46,378 nucleotides of DNA, from the IMG/VR virus record IMGVR_UViG_3300037423_000863; one strand, given 5' to 3'. A program made the position numbers and the translations under genes. Position 1 is the first letter of the stretch, and every line of letters starts with the position of its first letter. The notes below the pieces were generated by a model. The model had not been told where the DNA came from. It did no database searches and was given only the letters and a program-made list of their open reading frames with translations. Source of the stretch: a virus. This document shows positions 16,018 through 26,581 of the stretch, in pieces.

Positions 16018-17061
16018 TTAGGCGACTTCGTAGACGCCGTGGCAGTTGAGCTGGTCGGCGACCATGCCGCCGGTCCAGGTGACGCCCCGATACAGAACGT
16101 ATTGGTCTGCCGGGCGAGCAGGCGAGTGCTGCTTCATGTCCTCGCCGTCCATCACCATCAGGTAAAGGTGGCGCGGGTCGATGAGGAAGGCGCGCTTGGC
16201 AAAGCCAAGGTCGTCCAGCGTCGGATCGTAGACGCAGCGGCCGACGCCACGCATGGAAATGTCGGCCATGCCAATGTCGGTCTTGCCCGAATTGGTGAAG
16301 CCTTCCTGCGTGTAGACGCCCTTCTCGCTGACTTCCAGCTCGAGCGCGTCGATGAAGCCTGAGCCAGCCAGCCACAGGGTCGGCTTACCGCCGAACCGCG
16401 CGAGCTGGCGACGCTCGGAACGCAGCGTCTTCGTCAGCGTCTGATTGGCCGCCGAAGCCGTGATCTTGTCGACGCCGACGAGGGCGCGGTGACGCCACCA
16501 AGCGGTCGTCGCACGGTCAAGGCCGCCGGTCACGCCCACGGCCGGGGTGTCCGTCAGGAAGCTGAGAACGCCCGGAGGCGCCTTCGCGTCCTGAGTGCCG
16601 TCCTGCCAGCAGATGTCGTTGAAAGAACGCGCACCGCCTTCGGTGAGGTCTTCCAGCTTGTCTTCGAACAGGTTCGTGATCGCGGTCACTTCCCGGTCGC
16701 TGTGGTTGGACGTTTGTTCGCCGTTGGTGTCGACGACGCTGATGCCGTCCTTCTTCAGCTCGGTGTGCGTCACGCTGATGCCAGCGTGAAGCTCCTTCCA
16801 CGGGAAGAAGATTTGCTTGTTGTTCGCCGGGTTGACGTAGCCCACGACATCGTTGTGGGTGTAGCCGGCGAAGGCGGAGCTGTAGTCGCCCTTCACGTTG
16901 CGGCGGATGTTGTCCTTGCCGCCGGGGAAGGTCTTTTGGTTCTTGCGGAGCGCGTCGACAAGCGGACGCTCCTGCATGGTCTGCACCAGCGACTGACCCC
17001 GGATGTAGAAGTCGAGCGTGGTGTTGGCGATGTTGTCGAGTTCGGCCTGAGTGAAAGGCAT
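16018..17061 (-). CDS. major capsid protein (HK97-fold type)
   Basis: 347 aa, directly after the scaffold gene. Assigned by typical length, composition and synteny. Confidence 0.8.
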   Translation of the reverse strand: MPFTQAELDNIANTTLDFYIRGQSLVQTMQERPLVDALRKNQKTFPGGKDNIRRNVKGDYSSAFAGYTHNDVVGYVNPANNKQIFFPWKELHAGISVTHTELKKDGISVVDTNGEQTSNHSDREVTAITNLFEDKLEDLTEGGARSFNDICWQDGTQDAKAPPGVLSFLTDTPAVGVTGGLDRATTAWWRHRALVGVDKITASAANQTLTKTLRSERRQLARFGGKPTLWLAGSGFIDALELEVSEKGVYTQEGFTNSGKTDIGMADISMRGVGRCVYDPTLDDLGFAKRAFLIDPRHLYLMVMDGEDMKQHSPARPADQYVLYRGVTWTGGMVADQLNCHGVYEVA

Positions 17062-17074
17062 GGCTCAATTCCCG

Positions 17075-18112
17075 TTAGCTGCGGTTGAGAGCTGCGTTGA
17101 CAGCATCCCTCAACGATGTTGGCGGAGCGTTCTTGATCGGTGCGGATGAGCCTCTTGGGTCGGGAGCGATGGGCTTCTTCGCGGGCAGGACAGCCTTCAG
17201 CTGCTTGTTGACCCTCTCGTAAGCCTGTTCCGCCAGCTTGACCGCTTCCTCGGGGTTGGTTGGAGCCTTGCCCGTTTCCATGACGATCGCGCGGACGGTC
17301 GTTTCGACCAATTCGGCTTTCCGGGCATAATCGGGGTCCGCCGCCTTCGTCCGAGCTTCCCATTCCTGAACCGCGTTCGCGCTTGCTGTCGCGTTCGTTT
17401 CCGCGTTCTGCCTCTCGGTGCGCCGGGTTTCCTCGGTTCGACGCGCTTCGGTTGCTTGGGTCCGAAGCCGCTCATTCGCTCGCGCTTGGGCAAGCTCCTG
17501 GGCCGCTTCTTCGTCCAGCGCCCCGCTGTCGACCCGCTGCTGCAGGTCATCAGGCAGAACGCGGCCTAGCGCATTGTCGAGCACCGCGAGATTGTTCGCG
17601 AAATACTCCCGCACTTCAGCGAGATTGGCCGGGTCGCCGCTTTTGAGCTTCGCCATAATGTCGAAGCCTTCAGCGACTTCCGCAGGCGATAGCCCATGCT
17701 CTTGCATGAAGCCGTCAATCTGACGGAAGCGCCCCGCATCTTCGGCGAAGCCATTGCGCTCGGCGATGACCTGCTTCCAACGTGGGTGTTCATGGAAGGG
17801 CAGCTTGGCGTCGGCTTCAGCTTCGCTTTCCGCGTTGGCTTCGCCTTCCGGTTTGGCCTCTGCTTCGGCTGCGGCTGCAGCTTCTCCCTTGCCCTCAGCA
17901 GCGGACGGGTCTGCTTCCTTCTTGTCTTCCGGCTTGATCGCATCGCGAACAACCGAAAGCAGATCGGGTTTAGCGTCCTGTTCATCCGCAGGCGACGACC
18001 CTGCGGGAGTTGCGTCAGTGGCCTCTACCGTCGCCGCTGCGGCTTGGGTTTCGTCCTCTTTTTCCGCAGTGGGCGACGCTGCGGTTGGTGCGCCCTGAGT
18101 GTCCAACGACAT
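17075..18112 (-). CDS. scaffolding protein
   Basis: Highly acidic, Ala/Glu-rich helical protein between the portal and capsid genes. Confidence 0.7.
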   Translation of the reverse strand: MSLDTQGAPTAASPTAEKEDETQAAAATVEATDATPAGSSPADEQDAKPDLLSVVRDAIKPEDKKEADPSAAEGKGEAAAAAEAEAKPEGEANAESEAEADAKLPFHEHPRWKQVIAERNGFAEDAGRFRQIDGFMQEHGLSPAEVAEGFDIMAKLKSGDPANLAEVREYFANNLAVLDNALGRVLPDDLQQRVDSGALDEEAAQELAQARANERLRTQATEARRTEETRRTERQNAETNATASANAVQEWEARTKAADPDYARKAELVETTVRAIVMETGKAPTNPEEAVKLAEQAYERVNKQLKAVLPAKKPIAPDPRGSSAPIKNAPPTSLRDAVNAALNRS

Positions 18113-18151
18113 AGTGTAGCTGTATGATGTTGTCTGTCGTGAAAATCAACA

Positions 18152-20308
18152 TCAATTCGTCGGGCGGCGATTATCGAAGCCCGGCTGGCCGTTGTCGCGC
18201 TGCTGTCCGGGCTGGGGCGAGTTGTTCTGCCCCTTGTCGCCCTGCTGCGAAGGGTCCGTTTCCGGGTTGCCCGTTCCGGGCTGCGCCGCAGCTGCTGCCG
18301 CGTTGTTGAGCGCTTGGATCGACTGCAGCCCTTCGACAAACGCATCTTCAAGGTCCGCGTCATCGTCGGCAATCTGGATCGCCTTCTTGCCCAGCCATTC
18401 GGGGCTGATGCCGGGGATTTGAACGAGCAGCGGATAGAGCCGTTCGAACTTCGCCGCGTCCGCCGCGGCATTGGGCCGCCCGGAGCTGCCCGCCTTCGTC
18501 TCAAGCCACAGCTCGGCCATGATGTCCTGCCGCGACAGCTCGGGCCACACGGCGCCCGGTCCTGCGATGCTCTTGACCGTTTCCTGTGAGAGATTGCCGA
18601 GCAGCACTTGCCCGGCGGCGCGGAACAGATCGGTCAGCATGTCGTCCAGGTCGTCGCTGTCGAGCCCCAGCGTTCCCTGACGGCTGTTCTCCGCGATGGA
18701 GCTTTCCGTGGCCGTGCTGTTGGAGCCGCCGCCCATGTTGGCTTCGCCGACGCCAGTGGCGCGCTGCATGTCCTGATAGATGGTTTCCGTCTCGTAGAGG
18801 TTCGGATCGACGCCAATCTTCTGAACCGGCGCGAGCAGGTCCGTGACGGGCCGTCCCTTCTCGAGCCCCTTCAGCTCAATGACTGAGTGAGCCGGATAGT
18901 TTTCGAGGGTCTTCACTTCCTCGTCTTCGAAGGAGCCGAACGGCGACGCATACAGAGGTCGGTTTGCGATCCTGTGCTGCCGCTGCGCCTCCTTCGAGCG
19001 ATTGAATTCCTTCTGCGGCGACGTGAGGTTTTCCACGTCGCTGTCCGGGAACAGCCGCCCTTCTTCTTCGATGTCGTTGAAGGTGACGGCGAAGTAGGGG
19101 AAGAACTGTTCGATGAAGACGGCGGGCTCGCACGGCTCCCGCAGGAAGTCGGGATAGCCTTCGCAGACGACAAGCTGCATGCCCGTCCGCTTGTCATAGA
19201 CATGATAGACGCAGGCGAGCCCCTTGCTGCGGTCGGCAATGCGCCGCGTCTCTCCGCCCTCGGGCGAGCCGTCGACCGTCCTGTAAGCGGTGAACTGCTT
19301 GCCGATGTCGACGCCATAAACCTCTTTGACGCGATCGGGCGTCAGCATGATTTCTTCGGCGACCCACTCGCAGTCGACCCAGCCCATCAGCTTCGAAGTC
19401 GAAACGCTGGGGATGATCTTCGTGCTGGCGGGGAAGTCGAACGTCAGCCCCTCGCTGATGAGCTGTTCGGGGTTCGACTGCAGGGCTTTCATCGCAAGCT
19501 GCAGCTCCGCAGCCTCCGCCGAATTGGGATCAGCTTCGCCGTCCGCGATGTCGGCTGACATCCGCCCGATTGCCGCCAAGCGCTCCTGAAACGCGGCGAT
19601 GTCGTTGGTCTGCTTCTCGGACAGCTCCATTGCGCGCTTGAAGCCGAGCTTCACATAGCCGACGCCCGTGGTGCGCGCCCGCCGGATCATCTGCTTCATC
19701 TGCGTTTTGAAGCCGGGGCGGCTTTCTTCGAGATAGTAGCTTGTGCATGTCACCAGCGTCTTGCCGATGCGGTCGATCATCTGTCGCCGCTGCATGCCCT
19801 GCTGGATGTCCTGCAGCAGCGCCTGAGCCGTTGCCGCACCCGCCGCGAGGGTAGCCGCCTGCGCCGGGTTCGCAGCCGCTAGCGCGGGATCAGCGGCGAG
19901 CTGCTGCGCCTGCATCATCTGCTGCTGCGCCTGCATCATCGACTCGAGCTTGCCGTCCCAAAGGGTGAAGTCGAGTTTCGGCCGGCGCTTGAAAATGACA
20001 GTCGGGTTCTTCGCGTAGAGCGAGGAAACGATGACCTTCAGCACCCGCTGGACAAGGTTGACCCGATAGCGGTCGTCGTTCTCCTTCTGCATATACCACT
20101 GCTTGCCGCCCGCGAACTTCATGTTGCGGCGCATCCGGTCGAAGTCCGGCTTCCAGTGCTTGCGGGCTTGGCTGATGTCGTCCAGCCAGCGCTTGACCAG
20201 CGCCTTCGTCGCATCGCTCGGCTCAGGGGTGTCGCGCTGCATCAGCGTCGGGCCCGGCGCCGGGGTCGGGGAAGGGGGCGATGGCTGCAGTGTTCCGTCT
20301 TCGAGCAT
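18152..20308 (-). CDS. portal protein
   Basis: 718 aa immediately downstream of terL. Gln/Gly/Pro-rich C-terminal tail. Confidence 0.8.
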   Translation of the reverse strand: MLEDGTLQPSPPSPTPAPGPTLMQRDTPEPSDATKALVKRWLDDISQARKHWKPDFDRMRRNMKFAGGKQWYMQKENDDRYRVNLVQRVLKVIVSSLYAKNPTVIFKRRPKLDFTLWDGKLESMMQAQQQMMQAQQLAADPALAAANPAQAATLAAGAATAQALLQDIQQGMQRRQMIDRIGKTLVTCTSYYLEESRPGFKTQMKQMIRRARTTGVGYVKLGFKRAMELSEKQTNDIAAFQERLAAIGRMSADIADGEADPNSAEAAELQLAMKALQSNPEQLISEGLTFDFPASTKIIPSVSTSKLMGWVDCEWVAEEIMLTPDRVKEVYGVDIGKQFTAYRTVDGSPEGGETRRIADRSKGLACVYHVYDKRTGMQLVVCEGYPDFLREPCEPAVFIEQFFPYFAVTFNDIEEEGRLFPDSDVENLTSPQKEFNRSKEAQRQHRIANRPLYASPFGSFEDEEVKTLENYPAHSVIELKGLEKGRPVTDLLAPVQKIGVDPNLYETETIYQDMQRATGVGEANMGGGSNSTATESSIAENSRQGTLGLDSDDLDDMLTDLFRAAGQVLLGNLSQETVKSIAGPGAVWPELSRQDIMAELWLETKAGSSGRPNAAADAAKFERLYPLLVQIPGISPEWLGKKAIQIADDDADLEDAFVEGLQSIQALNNAAAAAAQPGTGNPETDPSQQGDKGQNNSPQPGQQRDNGQPGFDNRRPTN

Positions 20309-20312
20309 GGCT

Positions 20313-21929
20313 TTACATTCCTGCGAGGATGACGCGGCGGCGCTCCGCCTTGCGCTGTTGTTCTGAGGCTTTCTTTACCCAGCCGAAGGTTCCGACCTTC
20401 GGCCCTTTCGGCACGTCCTGGGGCGTCGGAGCGCGAAGCATCTTCTCTAGTCCGAGCCCGATGTGAGCGAGCGCGTCCACGAAGTCGTCATGCCGTCCGC
20501 CGGGGAATTTCAGGCACTCTTGCCGGGCGTCTTCCGCCCATGCCGAACCGGCGGGAAAGCGAACCATGCCCATCGCGCAGCGACCGTTGATCGACTGCGC
20601 CCGCTGCTGCTTGTCCGCCGAAGGCGTCTGTTCCCGGATGGTGACATAGACCTTTTCCTCGCGCATGCGCTTCGCGAGGAACGGGCCGAGCGACTTGCTG
20701 ATGTGGCCGTTCTCAGCCCACCACACTAGCGGCTTCCACCGCTTCATCAGCGAAATCATCGCCTCAACCACTTCGTCCGACTTCGCCCGCTTCCACCAGC
20801 AGTCGAGCAGCCAAATGTTGTCATGTTGGTCGACGCCAACGATGAGCAGGCAGGTCTTGTCGTGGGTCTGTTTCGTCCCCACAGCATGATCGCTGGCGGC
20901 GTAAACCCTCAGGTTCTCGCGCGCCGGGCATTGGTTCGCCGAATAGGTCGGCAGATAGTCGGCTTTGAAGAAATCGCCGTCCGCCGGGGTCGGGCGCTGC
21001 TGATAGAGCGCGGAGAAGCCGACAGGGTTGCGGCGACGGAAGCTCTCAAGAAACTCGAGCCCGAACCGCTCAGGCCACAGCGGGGCCCCAATCGGGCGGC
21101 CCAGCACATCGTCTTCCTCGGCGATCGCGGGAATGTTGATGATCTTCCAGCTCGCCGCTTCCTCTGCGTTGTAGTGCGGATTTGCGGGGTCCGTGAGGCG
21201 GCCCACCAGGTCGTCTTCGTGCCACCGCGTCATGATGATGATGGTCGCGCCCGTGTCGCTCATGAGACGGGTCGACGCAGTGTCGTTATACCAATCCCAC
21301 AGCTCTTGACGGATGACGGCGCTGTTCGCTTCGGCTCGATCCTTCAGAGGGTCGTCAATGATGAGGTAATCGGCGCCGCGGCCGGTTGTAGATCCCCCGC
21401 GTCCGACGAAGAAGGCGTTGCCGCCTTGCTCTGTTCCGAGACGATTGGCAGCCTTCGAGCCCTTTTTCAGCGTCGTTCCGGGGAATACCTGCCCGTATTG
21501 GGCGCTTTCCATGATCCCGCGAACGTCGCGGCCATAATCCTCGGAAAAGTCCTGATTGTAGGTCGCGAAGATGATGTGGCGGTAGGGATCGCGGCCCAGC
21601 AGCCAAGCCGGGAACCGGCGGCTTGTGAGCTCAGATTTCCCATGTCGCGGCGGGAAGGTGATAATCAGCTTCAGAAGCCGACCCGCCTCCACTTCCTCGA
21701 GCGCTGCCGCGAGCGCCTTGTGGAAGTATTGGGCGCTGTAGCGCGTCTTCGTCGCATCGTCCGGGAATTCGACGCTCGGCAGCGTGAATTCGGTGAAGTC
21801 GATGAGGCTATCTTTCGCCTTGCGCGACTTCAGGATGCGGTGCGCGGCTGCAATCTCGCGTTCGGCTGCCGCCGCGACTTTCGCCGCCTGCTTGCGTTCC
21901 GCAGCGCTGCCAGAGGCGAGCTGCGCCAC
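20313..21929 (-). CDS. terL: terminase large subunit
   Basis: Walker A-like FPPRHGKS, Walker B-like YLIIDDP, and a C-terminal nuclease-like region. GTG start. Confidence 0.85.
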   Translation of the reverse strand: MAQLASGSAAERKQAAKVAAAAEREIAAAHRILKSRKAKDSLIDFTEFTLPSVEFPDDATKTRYSAQYFHKALAAALEEVEAGRLLKLIITFPPRHGKSELTSRRFPAWLLGRDPYRHIIFATYNQDFSEDYGRDVRGIMESAQYGQVFPGTTLKKGSKAANRLGTEQGGNAFFVGRGGSTTGRGADYLIIDDPLKDRAEANSAVIRQELWDWYNDTASTRLMSDTGATIIIMTRWHEDDLVGRLTDPANPHYNAEEAASWKIINIPAIAEEDDVLGRPIGAPLWPERFGLEFLESFRRRNPVGFSALYQQRPTPADGDFFKADYLPTYSANQCPARENLRVYAASDHAVGTKQTHDKTCLLIVGVDQHDNIWLLDCWWKRAKSDEVVEAMISLMKRWKPLVWWAENGHISKSLGPFLAKRMREEKVYVTIREQTPSADKQQRAQSINGRCAMGMVRFPAGSAWAEDARQECLKFPGGRHDDFVDALAHIGLGLEKMLRAPTPQDVPKGPKVGTFGWVKKASEQQRKAERRRVILAGM

Positions 21930-22136
21930 CTAGCTGACCTTCGTGAACCCGTGCGTGACGAAAAACCAAACGGTTCCGACTGCCGCGATGAAGGTCGACA
22001 GATACTTGACGAACTTCACAACGCCCGTCGCTGTCTGCCACGCTTCGACTAGAGCCTTTGTCGACGCAGTTAGGTCGTCAACCTTCGACTCTAGGCGCTC
22101 GAATTCCTCTTTGGTTACAGGGGCATTGTTACGCAT
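21930..22136 (-). CDS. small C-terminally membrane-anchored protein, 68 aa
   Basis: Coiled N-part, then YLSTFIAAVGTVWFFVTHGF. Confidence 0.5.
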   Translation of the reverse strand: MRNNAPVTKEEFERLESKVDDLTASTKALVEAWQTATGVVKFVKYLSTFIAAVGTVWFFVTHGFTKVS

Positions 22137-22139
22137 GGA

Positions 22140-22493
22140 CTAGGCTCCGCCGAGAGGATCAGCCACAAGGCCGATGTCCCAAGTCTTCCCGCCGGAAGTG
22201 ACTTGGACGTTGCAGGATTTTTGAACTGAGCCAGCCGACAGGCTGAATTTGATGCTCGTTCCGCTGCCGCCGTTGGCGACCGTCGAGCTGGGAACGCTGC
22301 CGGTGAGAACGGTCCAATTCCAGACAACCGACTTCGAGCAGTTGATGGTGTAGCTGGCGCTGGGCGATCCCTCGTCCGAATAGGTGCCCGCGTCAGGAGT
22401 GTAAGTGGCGGCAGCTCCGCCGCCTCCGTCGCCGGTTCCTGTGCTGGTGCTTCCGCCGCCGCCCTTCGCCGCGGCCATGATTACGGGCCGCAT
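22140..22493 (-). CDS. hypothetical beta-rich protein downstream of the fibre
   Basis: TGATG overlap with the fibre stop. Gly-rich N-terminus, then TYTINCSKSVVWNWTVLTG...CNVQVTSGGKTWDIGL. Confidence 0.5.
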   Translation of the reverse strand: MRPVIMAAAKGGGGSTSTGTGDGGGGAAATYTPDAGTYSDEGSPSASYTINCSKSVVWNWTVLTGSVPSSTVANGGSGTSIKFSLSAGSVQKSCNVQVTSGGKTWDIGLVADPLGGA

Positions 22494-23512
22494 CAACCAG
22501 TGATTTCAAATGCCCAATCGCCGCCGCCTTCGTGGAAGGCTGTCAGCTTTTGGCCGGGCGTGAGCGAGAAGTTGATTGTCGATTGGTTCTGCGCGCCATT
22601 CTTCCAATAGCCGCCGGCGCAGGCAACGGTCATGTTGACCGTTCCGCGATTAACCCAAATGCTGCAGTGCCCAGCTGTGGGCCCGGCGCCGAAGGTGATC
22701 GTGCGGTTAGAGCCGCCCGTCATCTTGTTGTAGCAGCCGTTGTGCGTCGCGTCTGCTACGACCTGCGAAGTGCTGAAGCTGTTGACGGCCGTGATCGCGT
22801 CGGCTTTCCCGACTATGTCCGCAGACGTGGCGTATGCGCCTTTCGGCTGATAGGCGGCGTCGGTTTCTGCCTTCGTGTAATAGAGGTCATCGTGATTGTG
22901 CGGGTCAGGCGGAAATGTGGCGGGTATGCCCGTAATCGTTGACCAATCCGCCGCCACGGGAGCGTTGAGCGCGTCCGAAAGGCCGGGGATGTCGGCAATG
23001 GAAGGCGGGCTGGCGACCGTGAACGGAACAGAGCCGCCGACCGTCTGGACCGTGAACTCGGTCCCGCCGCCACTTACAGCTACGTCGCCATAATCCGCGT
23101 CGATCACATTTGCGCCGCCCGGCGAGGGATCGCCCTTCGGGATGCCTAGCGCGACCGTCAGGTTCGGATAAGCGCCCGTGACAGTGGCTGTCGCAGGCGA
23201 TCCCGGCGCCAGCGTCGTTGCTTGAAAGGTGAAGGCCGGGTTTTGTGCGTCCTGCCCCTTGGCCTGAGTGACGACTGCAGCTGCGATCGCGAGCAACACA
23301 TTCTCGTTGAGCGCGTCGACAGTAACGATGTCATTCAAAAGCTGCCCGTCATCGCGCTGTATCAGGACCAGGTTCGCGAGGATGTCCGAAAGCGTGATCG
23401 ACACCGCGCCGAATTCGCTGTCAGCCTTCGTCCCCGGAAGGGGCGCGGATGGGTTTGTGGTCTGAAAGTCCGTGAAGCTGTAGCTCGGGACGTATGGGGT
23501 CGGCTGCGGCAT
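22493..23512 (-). CDS. tail fibre protein
   Basis: WSTITGIPATFPPDPHNHDDLYYTKAETD, a motif common in phage fibres. 339 aa. Confidence 0.7.
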   Translation of the reverse strand: MPQPTPYVPSYSFTDFQTTNPSAPLPGTKADSEFGAVSITLSDILANLVLIQRDDGQLLNDIVTVDALNENVLLAIAAAVVTQAKGQDAQNPAFTFQATTLAPGSPATATVTGAYPNLTVALGIPKGDPSPGGANVIDADYGDVAVSGGGTEFTVQTVGGSVPFTVASPPSIADIPGLSDALNAPVAADWSTITGIPATFPPDPHNHDDLYYTKAETDAAYQPKGAYATSADIVGKADAITAVNSFSTSQVVADATHNGCYNKMTGGSNRTITFGAGPTAGHCSIWVNRGTVNMTVACAGGYWKNGAQNQSTINFSLTPGQKLTAFHEGGGDWAFEITG

Positions 23513-23580
23513 GGTCGTCGTTTATCATCCGAACGTGTCTGTCGCAATAACAGACGTTCGCTTAAATCCGCGAGTAGCCG

Positions 23581-23826
23581 TCAGGCTTCCGGCCACCTTT
23601 CGTCTACGTCGATGTCCTCGCCAAGCTGAGCGAGACGATAGGCAACGATGTGCCCGAAGGTGTCAGGCGCATCCTGGTCCCAAAAATGCGTCCTCGCCCG
23701 AACGACGCCGCTGTGAGCCAACCCTTCGCCCGTTCGGATGATTAGGTCGACAAACTGTTCGGGCTCGACATCGGACGGGAGCCCGCTGCCATCGTGAAGG
23801 GTGTAGCCTTCGGGAATTCCGACCAT
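23581..23826 (-). CDS. hypothetical protein, 81 aa
   Basis: ATG 23826 after GGAAGGTAGGA and the tailspike TAA. Sequence MVGIPEGYTLHDGSGLPSD...GHIVAYRL. Confidence 0.5.
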   Translation of the reverse strand: MVGIPEGYTLHDGSGLPSDVEPEQFVDLIIRTGEGLAHSGVVRARTHFWDQDAPDTFGHIVAYRLAQLGEDIDVDERWPEA

Positions 23827-23828
23827 CT

Positions 23829-26297
23829 TTATCCTACCTTCCAAGCGCCGTCATAATAGACGGGAACCTTATTCGTCCCGCCGCCTGCAGCAGCAGTGCC
23901 GAACGTGTTGACGGTGCAATCCGTGATGAACGAGCGCTGCCCGACAACAGGAGCCGCTGGGAGGTTGGCGAACGTCAGCGCAACTGCGGCCTGCCCATAA
24001 ATCGGCAGGAACGTAAACCCTGCCGAGTAGGCCCATGAAGCGGTCCCGTCAGCGATGTTGTTGCCGGTCCCGGTGGGTCCGCCTGCAGCTGCCGAAGTGC
24101 CCCCGACGATGCAGCGGTAAGACTTGCCCGTGTCGTTCGTAACAAGGTCGCCCAAAACGTAGACGTGGCTTGGGGCCCATGCGGTCGACGCAATCCAGCC
24201 GCCGACCGTGCAGCTCCAAGCGAGCGGCGCGGTCGCAGAGGCGTTTTGGTTCCAGACGATACTGCCCTGCGGGTAGTAGCCGGTCGTCGGCGCCGCGGTG
24301 CCGGGCTCCCATTTCTTGGTGCTTCCCGTGGTTCCAAAGCCGAAGCCGTTGGGGAACGTCATCCGGTTCGCGCCGCACGGATTAGTCGTGTTCTCGAGCG
24401 TGATTGTGAAGGCGTGGAACGGAGCTTGCGCCGAACTCAGCTTGGTAAATACAAGGTCATTATTGGCCCCGGTCGCCAGCCTCATCAGCTGGTGAAGGCC
24501 ATCCCATTCGATGATGCCGCCAAGCCCCTGATTGTTGACGTTATTGCCATACATTTTCACGCTTTGGCCGCCGACAACGCTCGTTCCGACGCCGCCGCCC
24601 TCTTTCGAACCAAAGTTGACGACCCCGGAAATCGTCGTGCCGTTGACCTGCGCTGTCCCTTGTGGGGTGTCGAAGCCGTTCCCGCCGATGCCGCCCCACC
24701 AAATCGAAGGATAGGCAATGTGGTTCGGGTTCTGATCGCCCTCGGTGTAGCAGCCGAAGAAGTTGTTGGTCGCGTTCGGGCTGTCGCAATAGTAGCCGCC
24801 GGCTGAACGGAAGGTCGCACCATTGGCCCATGCGATGATGCCGTTGTAGGTGCCACCCGCGCTGATGTAGTGCCAGCCCTGATTGTGCGCCGTGGTCCCG
24901 GTCGGCGAATTGGTCGAGCACCATACTTCCTGACCGGGGATTACCGAGTAGCGGTTGCCGAGATAGGTGCAGGCAGTCGGGGTCGTGCCAATCGCGCCAT
25001 CCCAGCCGTTCGCCTGCGTCTGACAGGCGATATAGGTGTTCCCAAGGAACGAGCTGTCGAAGATGCCCCAGGTCCGGTTCGACCCCGCGAGAAATTGCTG
25101 AACAAGCCAAACATTAACGTCGCCGCCGTCAACGAAGATACCGCGCCGATTGCGGACAGCGCCGCCGCCAGTGATCCGGCAGGTGTCCGCGATGACGGGA
25201 GCGCTAGCGTTGGCATAGATGCCGTCGCCGGGGAAATCAGTGACCCATACGTTTTCGAGATTGACGAACGCGGCCTTGATCCAAACGCCATGATGCTCGC
25301 TCTCGCCGCCCGCAGTCGTGTAGCCGCCCTTGAGCCACATGTTGCGGAGCGTCGTGCAGGTCGCGTTCTGCCCGTTTCGCCCGGTCGTTACGTCGCCCGA
25401 TGTGTTGTAGCCCTGAATGCGGAAGCCGCTTTTCTGGTCCGGGAAGTCGAGCTTCGTCCCCATCGCCGTGTAGGCCGGGCCAGTGCCTTCGATAAGGCAG
25501 GCCGCGTCCATGATGTCGTCGTCGCCCGCGAACTCGTAAATGTCGCCAGCCGGGAACTTGATGGGCTCGATTGACCGATAGACGCCGGAAGGCGGGATAG
25601 ACCGCGCCCTGAGGGTCGTGAGCATCGCCTGAAACGCCGCCGAATTCGTCGCGCGGTTCAGGCCGCCGTTTGCACCGCGAATGACGCCCCACCATTCGGG
25701 GTTCATCGGCGCGCCGTTTATGACGCGACGCCATGCGCCCTGAGATCCATCAGTGGCTAGGCCGGTCGCCGCAGCAGGAGGTTGGTAGATGCCGTGGTTC
25801 GGGTCCGCCGCGACCTTGGCCGAAAGGTTGCTGCCGTCGAAGACGAAAACGCCCTCTTTGCCGGATGTCGTCAACATCCGAGCCATGCCGTTCGCCGGAA
25901 CAACCAGGGCAAGTGCAGCAAGCGTCGCAAGCGCCGCGGTGCCTGTAGCCGCCGCCGCGTTCGCAGCCGCCGTCAACGCACTGGCAGCTACGGTCGCTTC
26001 GCTCGCAGCCGCCTCTGAGGCCGAGTTGGCTGCCGCTGTTGCACTATCCGCAGCATCCGCTGCCGCGCTCCCCACGCTGTCAGCAGAGGCAGCCGCTTCC
26101 GTGGCGCTCGCAGCTGCTTCGGCTGCAGCGTTGGCCGCCGTGTCAGCCGAAGCTGCCGCGTCGCTGGCCGCCGTTTGCATCGCGGGCAGGCTCGCAGCAG
26201 CCGCCTCCATACGGGAGGCCGTCCCCGGCGCGTCGATGATAGTCGAAATCTGATCGACAGCCTGCTGAAAAACCTCTTTCGCGGTCGTCTCGTCCAT
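23829..26297 (-). CDS. spike protein with Ala-rich helical N-terminus and beta-helix-like body (tailspike or head-spike fibre)
   Basis: 822 aa. About 100 aa of AAxSAxxAAxxA periodicity, then Gly/Asn/Thr-rich repeats typical of right-handed beta-helix depolymerases. Confidence 0.6.
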   Translation of the reverse strand: MDETTAKEVFQQAVDQISTIIDAPGTASRMEAAAASLPAMQTAASDAAASADTAANAAAEAAASATEAAASADSVGSAAADAADSATAAANSASEAAASEATVAASALTAAANAAAATGTAALATLAALALVVPANGMARMLTTSGKEGVFVFDGSNLSAKVAADPNHGIYQPPAAATGLATDGSQGAWRRVINGAPMNPEWWGVIRGANGGLNRATNSAAFQAMLTTLRARSIPPSGVYRSIEPIKFPAGDIYEFAGDDDIMDAACLIEGTGPAYTAMGTKLDFPDQKSGFRIQGYNTSGDVTTGRNGQNATCTTLRNMWLKGGYTTAGGESEHHGVWIKAAFVNLENVWVTDFPGDGIYANASAPVIADTCRITGGGAVRNRRGIFVDGGDVNVWLVQQFLAGSNRTWGIFDSSFLGNTYIACQTQANGWDGAIGTTPTACTYLGNRYSVIPGQEVWCSTNSPTGTTAHNQGWHYISAGGTYNGIIAWANGATFRSAGGYYCDSPNATNNFFGCYTEGDQNPNHIAYPSIWWGGIGGNGFDTPQGTAQVNGTTISGVVNFGSKEGGGVGTSVVGGQSVKMYGNNVNNQGLGGIIEWDGLHQLMRLATGANNDLVFTKLSSAQAPFHAFTITLENTTNPCGANRMTFPNGFGFGTTGSTKKWEPGTAAPTTGYYPQGSIVWNQNASATAPLAWSCTVGGWIASTAWAPSHVYVLGDLVTNDTGKSYRCIVGGTSAAAGGPTGTGNNIADGTASWAYSAGFTFLPIYGQAAVALTFANLPAAPVVGQRSFITDCTVNTFGTAAAGGGTNKVPVYYDGAWKVG

Positions 26298-26311
26298 TCA
26301 GCAGCCCCGGC

Positions 26312-26581
26312 TTAGTAGAGAGCGATGATCTTGCCAGCGGCCACGGTTGTCCCGGTCGCTAGCACTCGAGAGGGACGGACGTTCAGCGTCTGCCCAGCAA
26401 TCACGGTGAAGGTGGCAGCAACGCCATCGTCGCCTTCCAAGGCAACGTCGCCAGCAGCGCCGAAGTAGAGCGCCTTGGGCTTCTTCGCGAGGTCGGCAGC
26501 ATCGCTAGGAACGACAACAGCGAACGTCTCAGGGTTGCTGTGGATGTCGGCGAAACCTTGGAAGTCGTCAGGTGCGGCCAT
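26312..26581 (-). CDS. spike base protein, RcGTA Rcc01079-like (from motif memory)
   Basis: 89 aa: FAVVVPSDAADLAKKPKALYFGAAGDVAL...NVRPSRVLATGTTVAAGKIIALY. Confidence 0.5.
   Translation of the reverse strand: MAAPDDFQGFADIHSNPETFAVVVPSDAADLAKKPKALYFGAAGDVALEGDDGVAATFTVIAGQTLNVRPSRVLATGTTVAAGKIIALY

Noticed and set aside
22493-26297. Searched the fibre/spike genes for a diversity-generating retroelement (VR/TR pair, reverse transcriptase).
   Set aside because: No reverse transcriptase motif (YxDD) ORF was found anywhere in the window, and no near-identical template repeat of the fibre C-termini was noticed.
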